In this document: positions 1-10,467 of the stretch, piece after piece | Numbering within the stretch: the first letter of the stretch is position 1 | Layout of the letters: each line of letters opens with the position of its first letter | Assembly (NCBI GenBank): GCA_001643675.2 | Contig: LSRY02000022.1 | Span: forward strand, 186,001-250,000 | Source: Monocercomonoides exilis PA203 | Lineage: Eukaryota; Protista; Preaxostyla | Length of the DNA: 64,000 nucleotides | Direction: 5' to 3' | Program-made: the position numbers and the translations under genes | Notes under the pieces: model-generated | Database searches by the model: none | The model's input: only the letters and a program-made list of their open reading frames with translations | Told to the model about the DNA's origin: nothing

Positions 1-272
1 TGATCAGTCGTTAAGTGCCTAATCGTGGCTTTCCTTCATTAACCGCGAACTTTATGATTGTCCCATAACTTCTTTCATTGAACTCTCAATCTTCTTTTGC
101 AATATTCCATAAGGGGAAAGCACACAGTTTCATTAAGCGCAATGGCTTCATTTGATGAATAACTTGTCGCTTAAATGCAATCAATGTTTAAGTGGTTCAT
201 TCCCAAATAACCTGTCACATTCCGCTAAATATCTCCCATTGCTTCTGGCAGTTGTGATTTTCTCTCAAAAAG

Positions 273-830
273 CTAATTCATCCCAATCACACTCACTGCC
301 TTCCCTTTCCCAACAACTGAAATCTTCTTTTCCCCAACACTGATTGTTGTCCCTTCGCTCACATGCCTTCCACTTAGCAACGTGATTGTCGAGCTCAGCT
401 GCACCATGCTCGACCCCACTGCATGCCCCACAGTCTTGCACGGTGCTGCCTCACTCATCCCACACAGATTGCTCGTGTCACTTCCACTCACTCCAACATA
501 TCTATCTTTCATCCCTTCCTTCAACCATTCCTTCTTTTCTGTATGCAGATATGTCCAACTGCCTGAATAATATCTATGGCACACTCTCGTATCATTTGTA
601 TTCGTTGTGTACGATTCGTAGAATGGGTTGTTCGAAGAAAAGTGATTGTAATAATCTTCAAAATACACATCATGGCCATAAGTCGTGGAAGTTGTTGTGC
701 AACTGCAATCATGGAAGAAGAAGAAATAGCAATAAATGTTGTTGCTTGGAGCAGCTGATTGAGCTGGATACAACTCCATTCCTCCACCATTCGACACCGC
801 TGAGCACGAAATGAACTGGAGACTTCTCAT
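273..830 (-). pseudogene. Fragment of the large surface-protein family (same family as 21247..29811)
   Basis: ORF has GGG...YGHDVYF...PFYESYTT...W...YVGVSGSDTSNLCGMSEAAPCKTVGHAV, which parallels GNDVFF...PFENCGST...W...VASNGTDADACGRPQQTPCATIEYAL in the large gene. It is truncated at both ends. Confidence 0.7.
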
Positions 831-1679
831 TTTAAAAGCAGATGGAACAGTTTAGCAAAACATCCCTCCACTCCACTTTGTCTTCAACAAACACAAAGTG
901 AATTTGCTCTTGAACACACAAGCACACTCCCCATTTCCACCTTCTGTTTTAACACAGCTTTTATTATTTTTAATTTTTCAAAAAGAAGTCCTTTTTAGCA
1001 AAGTGCTTAAAATGATGATTTGAACTTAATTCTTTTGTTCTAATAATCGAATAATTTTTAATGTTGTTCTACCAATTATCACTGAAATAACGATTCTTCA
1101 TTCTTTGAGAAACATGCTTCAGTTACAGCGAACAATCATACTCTTCTCATTTTCTGAAAAATTTTCCTTTTTTATTTGTTGTCTTTCTTATCGTTTTATC
1201 CGTTCCACATTCCCTTCATTAATAATTTCAGATATTGTTTTTATTTATTTGAGACCCTAACTGATTGATGGAACATCCAGAATTAATTTTCTTTTTCAAC
1301 ATAACGTTTGTTAATGCTAACATGTTTTAAATTTACGAGAATTCTAATTGATAACAAAGATTCAAAAAAAATAGCAGAGGGATTAACTGAAGTTAATTTT
1401 GTTTTTTCAAATTCAAATTTGGATCTCAATAAATGATCTTATTCTCATAAAATCTGTTGGATTGAAAGAGTTATTTATCATTTCTTCTTTAAGCAATATA
1501 AATCTTGAGTACAAATATTTTTATTAGAATATATTGCTTGTTTAGAAAAATATAAGAATTTATCTAATTAATATAATTGATTGATATTCAAAGATCATGA
1601 ATATAACTTATAAAAATTGAACCATATTTTCAAAATTTTGAATAATAATTAAAGGGTGTTTATTTCGTTTGATTCATTA

Positions 1680-4640
1680 ATGTCTCAACTTCTTCAGTTT
1701 GCAAATGAAACAAAACAACTCCAGAAAAGAAACTTTACTACAAAGGACACCTTTAAAATGATGAGAGATTTTATTAAGGAATGTAAAAAGTGTGTATTTT
1801 GTAAGCATTTGGCTATTTTCCTCGGAAAAAGTGGAACAGGCAAAAGCACAATGATAGATGCTTTATTGGGAATACCACTCAATGAAACATGGGACAAAAA
1901 AATCGTGAAAGTCAACGAATCGTCTGAAGGACCAGATATTGGAGATGGAAAATTAGCGAAAACACCGTTTCCAGAAGCTTATAAGCTGGATGATGGATAT
2001 TGGCTATTAGACACACGTGGATTTCATGGATCTGATATCGACACCGAAACAGACATTATCAGTACACTGATCTTGGAAGTGTATCTGAGAGTTAGCACAA
2101 AAGTTTCAGTTTTGTATCTCTCTGAATTTGGTAATTACTACAATTTCACGAATTTGAAAGTAGACATGCTGCTGGTGAACGATATATGTGAGGACATGAA
2201 TCTGCCCGTTTTATTTGTTGCCAACAAATGTTTTAGACTGAATGTCAAACAGGTGTCAAACAAAGATCCTGAAGAGAAAAAAATCGAACAAAAGAATCAA
2301 ATCAAGCAAATTGAGGAATATCTTTTCAAGCAGTTCGATGATATGCGCGAGGATCAAATGAAAAAAATCAAAAATAAATATTTCAAGCAAATTAATCTTT
2401 CAGATTCAGATGCACAATGTGATGAAAAGACTTTCAGAACACTCATTGAAAAAGCAAACGCTTCAACAGGGCTGGAAACTATCAATTTGGAGAAGTGCTT
2501 GAATCATTTTAAAATCCTCTATATGCTGAAAAAGGCACTTGATGAAAACCGATTTATATACTATGATGCAGTGAACAGTTACTCAGTTGATAGGATTAAA
2601 GGCATTGTGCGTGATGAACAATATTATGTGCATTCTAATCGTTTATCGCTTGGCCGCTGTACACCTGAATCCTCAATGTTCCTTAATTCAGTTTCTGAAA
2701 TGGCAATCAAACTGAGTTGGCTTGTGGAAGCAATGATTGGCAGAATGTTTTTTCCAAAAAATATGAAATCTATCAAAGAAGGATGCGAAAATTATGTGAA
2801 GGAATGGGAACAAAAATATGACAAGTTGAGTTCAAAAGAAAGGAACCTTCACGCTGAATTGGATGACTATGAACAAGAAATCATTAAGCTGAGTGAAGTC
2901 GAAAGGAAACTTAATGCTGAATTGAGGGAGTTGGAACTAAATAGCAGAAAGCTGAATGAAGATGAAATGAAACTTAATGCTGAATTGGAAGATAAGGAAC
3001 AAGACTTTATCCAGTTGAGTGGAGATGAAAAGAAACTTAAGGATGAATTGGAACACAAGAAACAAGACAACATAAAGCTGATTGGAGATGAAGATAGAAA
3101 TAACGATGAATTGAGAAACTTGGATATTGAAAACCCAGAACTTTTGGATTCCAGAATCAAAAATGAAGAAAATTCGATGAGGGAAATAGAACGACCTCTG
3201 AAAAGTTATTATAATCAAATAGAATCACTAGACACAGATGAGCCTGTTTTGTACGATAAATATCATTTTGAAAAAAAGAGTGGATTCTTTTCGAATGAAA
3301 TCGTGATAGAAAAACCTGTCAAAGTTCCGGGCTCAATGTTCAAATTTATTCCTGGAAATGACTATACTCATGCTAATGAAAACAAATTAAAGCCGAGAAT
3401 TGAAAGTGGATGGTTTCGAGGAGCGTTCAAGGCAGAAAAAAAAACGAAAGAATTTTTAGATAAAGGTATTTCATTGCTTTTACAGTTATTATCATTTAAT
3501 CAAATGCTTTCTGTAATTGGTTCTGTTGGGGCCGAAGTTATTGATCCTATTTTTAAATTCTTCATGCCAAATAAAATATGTGCTTGTGAAGGAACAATTG
3601 AATTTTATGCGCCATCGAGAGATATTCCAACGAATCAGCAAAAAATCGAACGATGCAGAATTCAAATTAGCGAGATACTAAAACAAACTCAAAAGGCAGA
3701 AAAAAACATTGAAATTTTGCGGCAAACAAAAGCGCGGCTTGAAAATACAAAAGCAAGGATAAATGAAACAAAAGCACAGCTTGAAATAACAAAAAAAAAG
3801 ATTGATGAAACAAAAGCAAAGCTTGAAATTACAAATCATCAGTTTGAACATGCAAAAAAACTGCTTGAAAATGCAAAAACGAAGCTCGAAAAAGTCAATG
3901 CACAGCTTGAAACAACAAAAGCAATGATCAATGGAACAAAAGCGATGATTGAAAACATGAAAACGAAGATTGAAATCACAGAAGCGAAGATTGAAATGAC
4001 AAAATTGAAGCACGAAGAAACAAAAATGATGAAGGAAGTTTGGCAGAAAAGAGTGGGAAAAATAGAAGAATTTATTCAATTTTGTGATGAATGCGACAAG
4101 CTGTATAAAGAAAATAGGGAAATGATTGAACAACTGTATTTATTTGCAAAGCTCTATCTTCCGAAGGCGTTTGTGAATAAATGCAGAACAGAGAAATTGA
4201 TGGCATCAACTTCATCTTCCTTTTTGCCATCTTCTTCTGTTGTGCCATCAATGTCCAGTTCTTTTGAAGGAACGCAGCAAAAATCATCTTCTTTAGCAGA
4301 ATCCTCATTTTTGCCCTGTGTTTGCGAATGCAAAGCAATTGAAGAAGAAGAAGAGAAGAAGGAAGAACAAGATATTCCACTTGAACAACAAGTTGATGAA
4401 AACAAAAAGATTTTTGCAAGGTTCATTGTTGCATTAGAGAAACTGGAAGAAACTCACAAACAGCAAAATGATATTTCTTTAAAAATTGAAGAAAAATATG
4501 ATGCAAAGCTTGTTGAAAGAGCTGTTGAAGAATGCGGAAGAATTTCGAATCAAACAGTCGGTTGCATGGGCTATCTTGAGCAATTTAAAAAAATGAATAT
4601 ATCAATCGATGAAAAAGAAATAAAATCGTTATCTTCTTAA
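1680..4640 (+). CDS. P-loop GTPase (AIG1/septin/dynamin-like TRAFAC type) with long coiled-coil hairpin, copy 1
   Basis: Intronless ORF, first ATG at 1680. G1 LGKSGTGKST, G2 region GDGKLAKT, G3 LLDTRGF, G4 VANKC. Heptad-rich regions flank a central non-coiled domain with a hydrophobic stretch. Paralog at 40765..43182. Confidence 0.85.
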   Translation: MSQLLQFANETKQLQKRNFTTKDTFKMMRDFIKECKKCVFCKHLAIFLGKSGTGKSTMIDALLGIPLNETWDKKIVKVNESSEGPDIGDGKLAKTPFPEAYKLDDGYWLLDTRGFHGSDIDTETDIISTLILEVYLRVSTKVSVLYLSEFGNYYNFTNLKVDMLLVNDICEDMNLPVLFVANKCFRLNVKQVSNKDPEEKKIEQKNQIKQIEEYLFKQFDDMREDQMKKIKNKYFKQINLSDSDAQCDEKTFRTLIEKANASTGLETINLEKCLNHFKILYMLKKALDENRFIYYDAVNSYSVDRIKGIVRDEQYYVHSNRLSLGRCTPESSMFLNSVSEMAIKLSWLVEAMIGRMFFPKNMKSIKEGCENYVKEWEQKYDKLSSKERNLHAELDDYEQEIIKLSEVERKLNAELRELELNSRKLNEDEMKLNAELEDKEQDFIQLSGDEKKLKDELEHKKQDNIKLIGDEDRNNDELRNLDIENPELLDSRIKNEENSMREIERPLKSYYNQIESLDTDEPVLYDKYHFEKKSGFFSNEIVIEKPVKVPGSMFKFIPGNDYTHANENKLKPRIESGWFRGAFKAEKKTKEFLDKGISLLLQLLSFNQMLSVIGSVGAEVIDPIFKFFMPNKICACEGTIEFYAPSRDIPTNQQKIERCRIQISEILKQTQKAEKNIEILRQTKARLENTKARINETKAQLEITKKKIDETKAKLEITNHQFEHAKKLLENAKTKLEKVNAQLETTKAMINGTKAMIENMKTKIEITEAKIEMTKLKHEETKMMKEVWQKRVGKIEEFIQFCDECDKLYKENREMIEQLYLFAKLYLPKAFVNKCRTEKLMASTSSSFLPSSSVVPSMSSSFEGTQQKSSSLAESSFLPCVCECKAIEEEEEKKEEQDIPLEQQVDENKKIFARFIVALEKLEETHKQQNDISLKIEEKYDAKLVERAVEECGRISNQTVGCMGYLEQFKKMNISIDEKEIKSLSS
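2823..3137 (+). repeat. Five degenerate 63-bp (21-aa) coding tandem repeats
   Basis: KLSSKERNLHAELDDYEQEII / KLSEVERKLNAELRELELNSR / KLNEDEMKLNAELEDKEQDFI / QLSGDEKKLKDELEHKKQDNI / KLIGDEDRNNDELRNLDIENP. Confidence 0.9.
3726..4019 (+). repeat. Fourteen degenerate 21-bp (heptad) coding tandem repeats
   Basis: TKARLEN TKARINE TKAQLEI TKKKIDE ... TEAKIEM TKLKHEE; DNA unit approximately ACAAAAGCRMRGMTTGAAAWN. Confidence 0.9.
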
Positions 4641-5199
4641 TCTTCTGTTGATTATTGAAAGATGTGCATTTGGTTGCACAACATTTTGTATTCTGTTTTG
4701 TTTTGTTTTTTGTTTTTGATTTGATAAGTCTTATCAAATGGACCCGTTTTGAAAAGGCTGATAACTGTGACGAGCATTGTTTTTTGACTTTTGAAAAGAT
4801 GTTGTTATTTTTTATTCACCGCAAAGACCATTTTTCTATTCACAGAAATTGGAATGTCTTATGAATCGCAAATGCCAACCGGCACTTGCGCAATTGGAAT
4901 TAACATCCATTTCACAATTTTATTTGCAATGATAACGCAATGCGTTCTTCGATATCGATATGAAATTTGACTTCATATCAAATACAGTTTTTTCTATTTC
5001 TTTTTTCTTTTTTTTAAAGAAATTTGAAAGTTCAAAAAAACAGACGCACTGCAATTTGTTTTTAAAAAAACCATCAAAATTATTGATCTTGGAAGTTCGT
5101 TGTGTCAAATTTTCATAAGTTCAATTGAGGAAAAACAACAAGGTAATGAAAATAGAATGAACACAAAAAAAGAATTATGTGTCATTTTGTGATCAACTT

Positions 5200-6180
5200 T
5201 GAAATTGTTTTTCTTGATGAGATTGCATCTGGAGTTTTTCATCATGATTGCCCATTGTCAAGATATTAGAAGAGCGAAATGCTTCTTGAGTTTTTGCATT
5301 GAAAAGTCCATTTCATTTTTCGAACACTCGTTTGAGCAGTATTTGTATTCACTGCATCTCATGTGGAGTGATTGACTTTGAGACTGCACAAATCAAGTTG
5401 ACATTTCCAGTTGTCTGTTTCATCGTTGATATTCAATGTTTGAAGGAAGCGCTGCCCCACAGCTTATGAAATAATCACGACAAGGAAACCATGCTTTATC
5501 GCTGCTTTTCCTGAAATTACACATGTCTGAATGGAGGACATGACATTGCCCTTCAAGGCTCAACAGCACATATCATTGAATTCACCTGCTGTTCCACAAG
5601 GGAACACATCAAACAGAGTGAGCATTGATTATTCAGAAATTGCTGATAAAAGCGGATGGCTTTGAAATGTTTCTGGAAGAATCAAATTTGTCTCCTCAGT
5701 GCCATCACAACCTAATTCCTTTGATGGATATTTCTGTGAAACGGATGAAAGCCATCTTTGCTGCGCTATCAGCCGCTGCCTCTCTCAGCTGATTCCAGAA
5801 TTTGTTGCTGATATAGAGATACACGAATGAACGATCACAAAAGCCAAAAGCGCGGGCTGTGGAGACAAGACTTACTCGATGTATGGCAAAAGTGATTTTT
5901 GTCAAACAATCCAAACAGAATTCGGAGCAGCGAGATTATCTCTTTTTTCAGTGTCCACATGTTGTCTATCAGAGACTTTCCATTTAATCATGAACCAATC
6001 CATGTCAATAATGGAGCTTCAAGGCTATTTGAGATAATTGGAGCAGGAGGAATGCACATTTGCAGACTGAATGTATCTTTTGGGAGTGGACAATCAACAG
6101 AAACAGCATTTACTACGGAGTTGATAAATGTTCAGAATGGGATGTTGCAAAAGGAAAATGAAAACAACGCAAGGACAATT
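5200..6180 (+). pseudogene. Heavily decayed remnant, probably of the surface-protein family
   Basis: Broken frames with family-like peptides (GCGDKT..., LFEIIGAGGMHICRLNVSFGSGQSTETAFTTELINVQNG). Many stops; boundaries approximate. Confidence 0.4.
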
Positions 6181-6529
6181 CTATCATTTGGTTGTTTTCG
6201 CTTTCTTCAACAAATGATATTTATTTGAAGCTTTCAGAATGCGTCTTTGATGGATTTGAGAGAACTCACAAAGCTGCGTGACTCCGCTGGAGAGAGACAG
6301 GAACAGGTTTGTGCAGAGGTACCAGCTGAGCTAGACGCCGGATGAGGAGATCTCTCTATGTATTTTTTCAACCTAGAAATGAGAGGTCGATCTGTGTGCT
6401 CAATTTGAAGAGCTCCGAGGCCGAGCAGATGCAGAATGCGCAGAATCAGAAGAGGGAGCATACACATACGAAGCAGCTGAGCCAGCGCGGCACGAAATGA
6501 AGCAGTTTCCAAACGCTATCTCGATGCAT

Positions 6530-8580
6530 TTAAATGGAAAATACAAATTTCACAGGAACGCTGATGATGCCGTCAGCTACTCCCACTCGTCCACAAACAC
6601 ATACACACGAAGCACTCAACATCCCAATCATCCCTTTCCAGTGGAACATTTGCCCGATCACGAACGCAGCATCCCGCAGAGCTATCGACGGCACACTTTC
6701 CTGCGGCACAACCGCCCCTATCGCAACAAACTCGTCCATCCTCTCTCTCTGCCTGTCCGAGCTCAAATGCAACGACACTTCATCTGATGCCAAACATCCA
6801 CCTCCACCCACCCCCATACCCCCACCTATACCCACACCCCCTTCTCTTCTCATCTCTCTCCTCCCAAACAGCCTCTCCCCAATGAACGTGACGCTCATCG
6901 TCCCGTCCGGCTGTATCATCCCTTCCACAACCGGCTTCCCCACAATCCGCTCCCGCTCCGCACACAGCTCCACCAGCGCCCCCGTCACCGTCATCGTCAC
7001 CAGATAGTCCCGCCGGTTCCCATACGCACTCTCGTCAATCAGCCTCAAAAACTTCAAATGTGGAGATTCCATATCCAGAATCTGCTCTTCCTTCTTCTTC
7101 TTCTTCGTCGTCGTCTTTTTCGTCTTCTTCCTCTTCCTCTTCCTCTTCCTCTTCCTCTTTATCTTCTTCTTCTTCTTCTTCTTCCTCTTCCTCTTCCTCT
7201 TCCTCTTCCTCTTCCTCTTCCTCTTCCTCTTCCTCTTCCTCTTCCTCTTCCTCTTCCTCTTCCTCTTCCTCTTCCTCTTCCTCTTCCTCTTCCTCTTCCT
7301 CTTCCTCTTCTTTCTCCAAATCTATCGAACTTCCCTCTCTCCCTGACTCCTCATTTGTTGCCAAATCATTGGAAAACATTTCCACATGTTTCTCATCTTT
7401 CCCCGCTCCATCTGAACTTCTATCTGAAGTTATGTCAAAAGACCCATCTGCTGCGCTTCTTCTGCTCTCCTGTTCTCCTGTTGGATGCTATCAGATGGAG
7501 AAGAACTGCACACTTTTGGTTCAACTGAATGCTGCTTGTCTGCACCATCCTCAGCCTCCGCCTCCATCCCCGCCTTCACAAACCTCAACCGACTCATTCC
7601 AAGCACCTCCACAACCAGCGGCGCCATCGCTTCTTCCAACTTCACCTGGTTCTCTTTGATTCTCTCCACAAACTCTCTGTGAGCTGTCGGATACGCTCCT
7701 TTCTCCTCATTTCCATCACCTCTCTCTCCTTCCATCTTCTTCTCCCTCTTCTTCTCCCCTTTGCCTCCCTCTTTGCCTCCCCTTTCTCCTTCCCTCTGCC
7801 TCTTCCTGCTCTTTCAGCACAGCCAGCGTAATCGATACTTGTGACAGAATAACATCCTCCATCCCCAGCCACGCCTCTGACAGCTCCTTCGAATCAATCT
7901 TCCCAACTTCACATCCGCACACCTCGACTGCTGTGACCTCCATATCAGCAGAGAAGGGTCAAACAGATCGTAGATCGAATGGAATGCTATTCACATCTGC
8001 TGCCACAAAGATCCGCTTGCCCCCCGACTTCGTGCCCACCGATGCTGCAAGCGACGGAAGCGGAGCCACAGGCGGAACAAAAAGCATCGTCAACAGCGCC
8101 ACATCGTATGCACACACAACACCTCCATATAGCACCTCCCGCCGCTCCACAACAAATCATTCGAAGCGTTTGTTGCTCCCTCAGTGATGACTGTCTGTGA
8201 TTTTCATTCACTTCAGCCGCCTCTCGATGTCGTCCATCGCTCCTGCCGACGCGTTTGACTCCGCCTCTGCCAAGGCATCAGAAAAGTCAATCGCAGGCGC
8301 TGATGAAGATGATGGCTGCTCATTCTCTGAAGATTTCTTCTCTTCACTTCTCCGCCTCCGGAATGGCGAAGTTGATCGGCGTGCTGCTCCTGTTGAAGAA
8401 GACGAAGAAGAAGAAGGTGCCGAGCGAAGAGACGACTGCCGAGCTGCACCAGCCACAAGAAGCTTTTTCAGATACTCCACCACGTCAGCCAGAAGCTCAG
8501 CCGGAGACACAAGCACAACATCCACATTCGGATCAGAAAGATCGACCGACCGCGAAAGCTCTCCGTTCTCGAGTAACAGT
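6530..8580 (-). pseudogene. GC-rich disrupted gene of unknown function with a poly-Glu tract
   Basis: Consecutive protein-like minus-strand ORFs (8208..8525, 7959..8150, 7716..7943, 7430..7735, 7035..7385, 6530..7072) separated by in-frame TGA codons and frameshifts. GC content is clearly above the flanks. Confidence 0.6.
7088..7311. repeat. (TCTTCC)n / (GAGGAA)n microsatellite, poly-Glu on the minus strand
   Basis: Long, near-perfect hexamer run. Confidence 0.95.
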
Positions 8581-10410
8581 AACAGATGGAATAGGGTTTA
8601 TTTATTTATTAATTTATTGTTTTTTTTTTTTTTTTTTTTTTTTTTTTGTAAAAAGATGAAAATGAAAGAAGAAGAAGAAGAAGAAGATAGAAATGATGGA
8701 TTGATACTGAAATACATAAATGATGATGAAATGAAGAGAAAAGGAGAAGAGGTGGAGGATGAAGAAGAAGGATAAAAAGAACGGAGATCTGTCATGGATT
8801 TGATTGTCATGTGGTAAGATAGAATGTTTCTTGAAATTGAAAGAAATCGATATCTTGAACTGAAATGGCAAATACAAATGTTTTTGAACAATTAGAACTT
8901 AACAAATACACTCTTTTAAATAGAATTTTTTTCTATTGCAATTTTTGATGCTCTTAACCTTCAAATTAGATATGTAAAAAAATATGAATAATAACTTTGA
9001 AGAATGAGGATTTGTGCAAACTCGAAAATAAAATGATCTTTTCTTTTGATAAGTTACTGATACATTTTGATCGATAAGTGTTGATATTTTGATATTTTCC
9101 TTCTTCATCGATTAATCGTTCATAAGAAAATCTTCAATGGAGTGCTTTCTTCCTATTCTCTTTAAAAAATGGAGTATTTGTTCACTTGCTTTTTCTTTAT
9201 TCCTTTCAGCTTTTTAAATGTTGTGGATATGAATATATAAAAGAGAAGATAATCAAAGATGAAACAAACTTGTTGAATTGCATTTAAACGATCACACATT
9301 CAAAGAATATCTTTTTCTCTCATGATAATATTCATCATCGAAATGACTCTTACAGAGCTAACTACGAAGTGAGTTGATGTTGCAGGTATCAGATACAGTC
9401 AAAAATGAATTTCTTATTAATCTTCAAATGATGAGCAAGCATTGTTGAATGTCTCTGTATTCTTGCAATAATTTTTGTGGAACAGCATTTCAAAAGAAAT
9501 CTGAAACTTATTTTGTGTTTCCACATTTTTCAAGATAAACAAATAAGCAATGCACTTTTTTCAATTAATTCAACTTTTTTCGAATGCATAAACCCTGAAA
9601 TATGTCATTAGAAATTAATCAAAATTCCAAAAAGAAGATCAAACTATGAAAACATTTGATAGGATGTTTTGCAGTCCTTCTTCAAGAGAAATACAATTAT
9701 TACCCATTGAATATTATTATGTGACACTGCTCGCCACTGATTCCATTGACGTTTTTTGATCAAAATTATCCACCTTCGTCAGTTCAGTCAGTTCCCCATA
9801 ATTAAAAAATCGATTGATAAATTTTCGAAAACTTCGACCAATAGTTTTTTAAGAGAAAGTGATTATTGTGAATTAATAAGCAAATTGAAAACATTCTGTT
9901 AATCAAAAATTAAACTATAATCGTTTATAATTTTTCTGACGGAACTTTTTTCCATCTCGTCAGTCAAATTTCGCTTTTTTTCAAATCAAAGTCAGTCAGT
10001 CACCCAGGCTTAATTTAAATTTCCATTTTATTTATATTTTTCTTTTTATGAATAAATTAATTTTATGTTAGTTGACCTTCAATATTTTATTTGATTGCAA
10101 AGTTATTTACTGAAAATTGCATTTATTATTTTCTTTTTCTTTTTCTTTTTCTTATTTGGATCAAATAATCATTTTGTGATTGTTAAGCATTTCAAATTGT
10201 AACTTTGAATTGAAAAAGATTGTTGGTTTTTTTCTTCTTGTTCAAAAATGATTATTTTTATTGCTATTTACACAATATTTTGAACACTATATTTTATTTG
10301 ATCGTGTTTATTTTTTTATGAAAATATATTGTTTGTTTTTCGCTCTTAAACATTTTCCTCATATTTTTAAAAGAGAAAATCAAAATTTCACATTTATTTT
10401 CTCCCCTTTT

Positions 10411-10467
10411 TCATCCTCTTCATCCTCTTCATCCTCTTCATCCTCTTCATCCTCTTCATCCTCTTCT
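10411..10467. repeat. (TCATCCTCT)n short tandem repeat
   Basis: About six 9-bp units. Confidence 0.85.

Noticed and set aside
7058-7659. Plus-strand poly-Ser and (LP)n ORFs
   Set aside because: Alternative readings of the (TCTTCC)n microsatellite; the coding-like context is on the minus strand.
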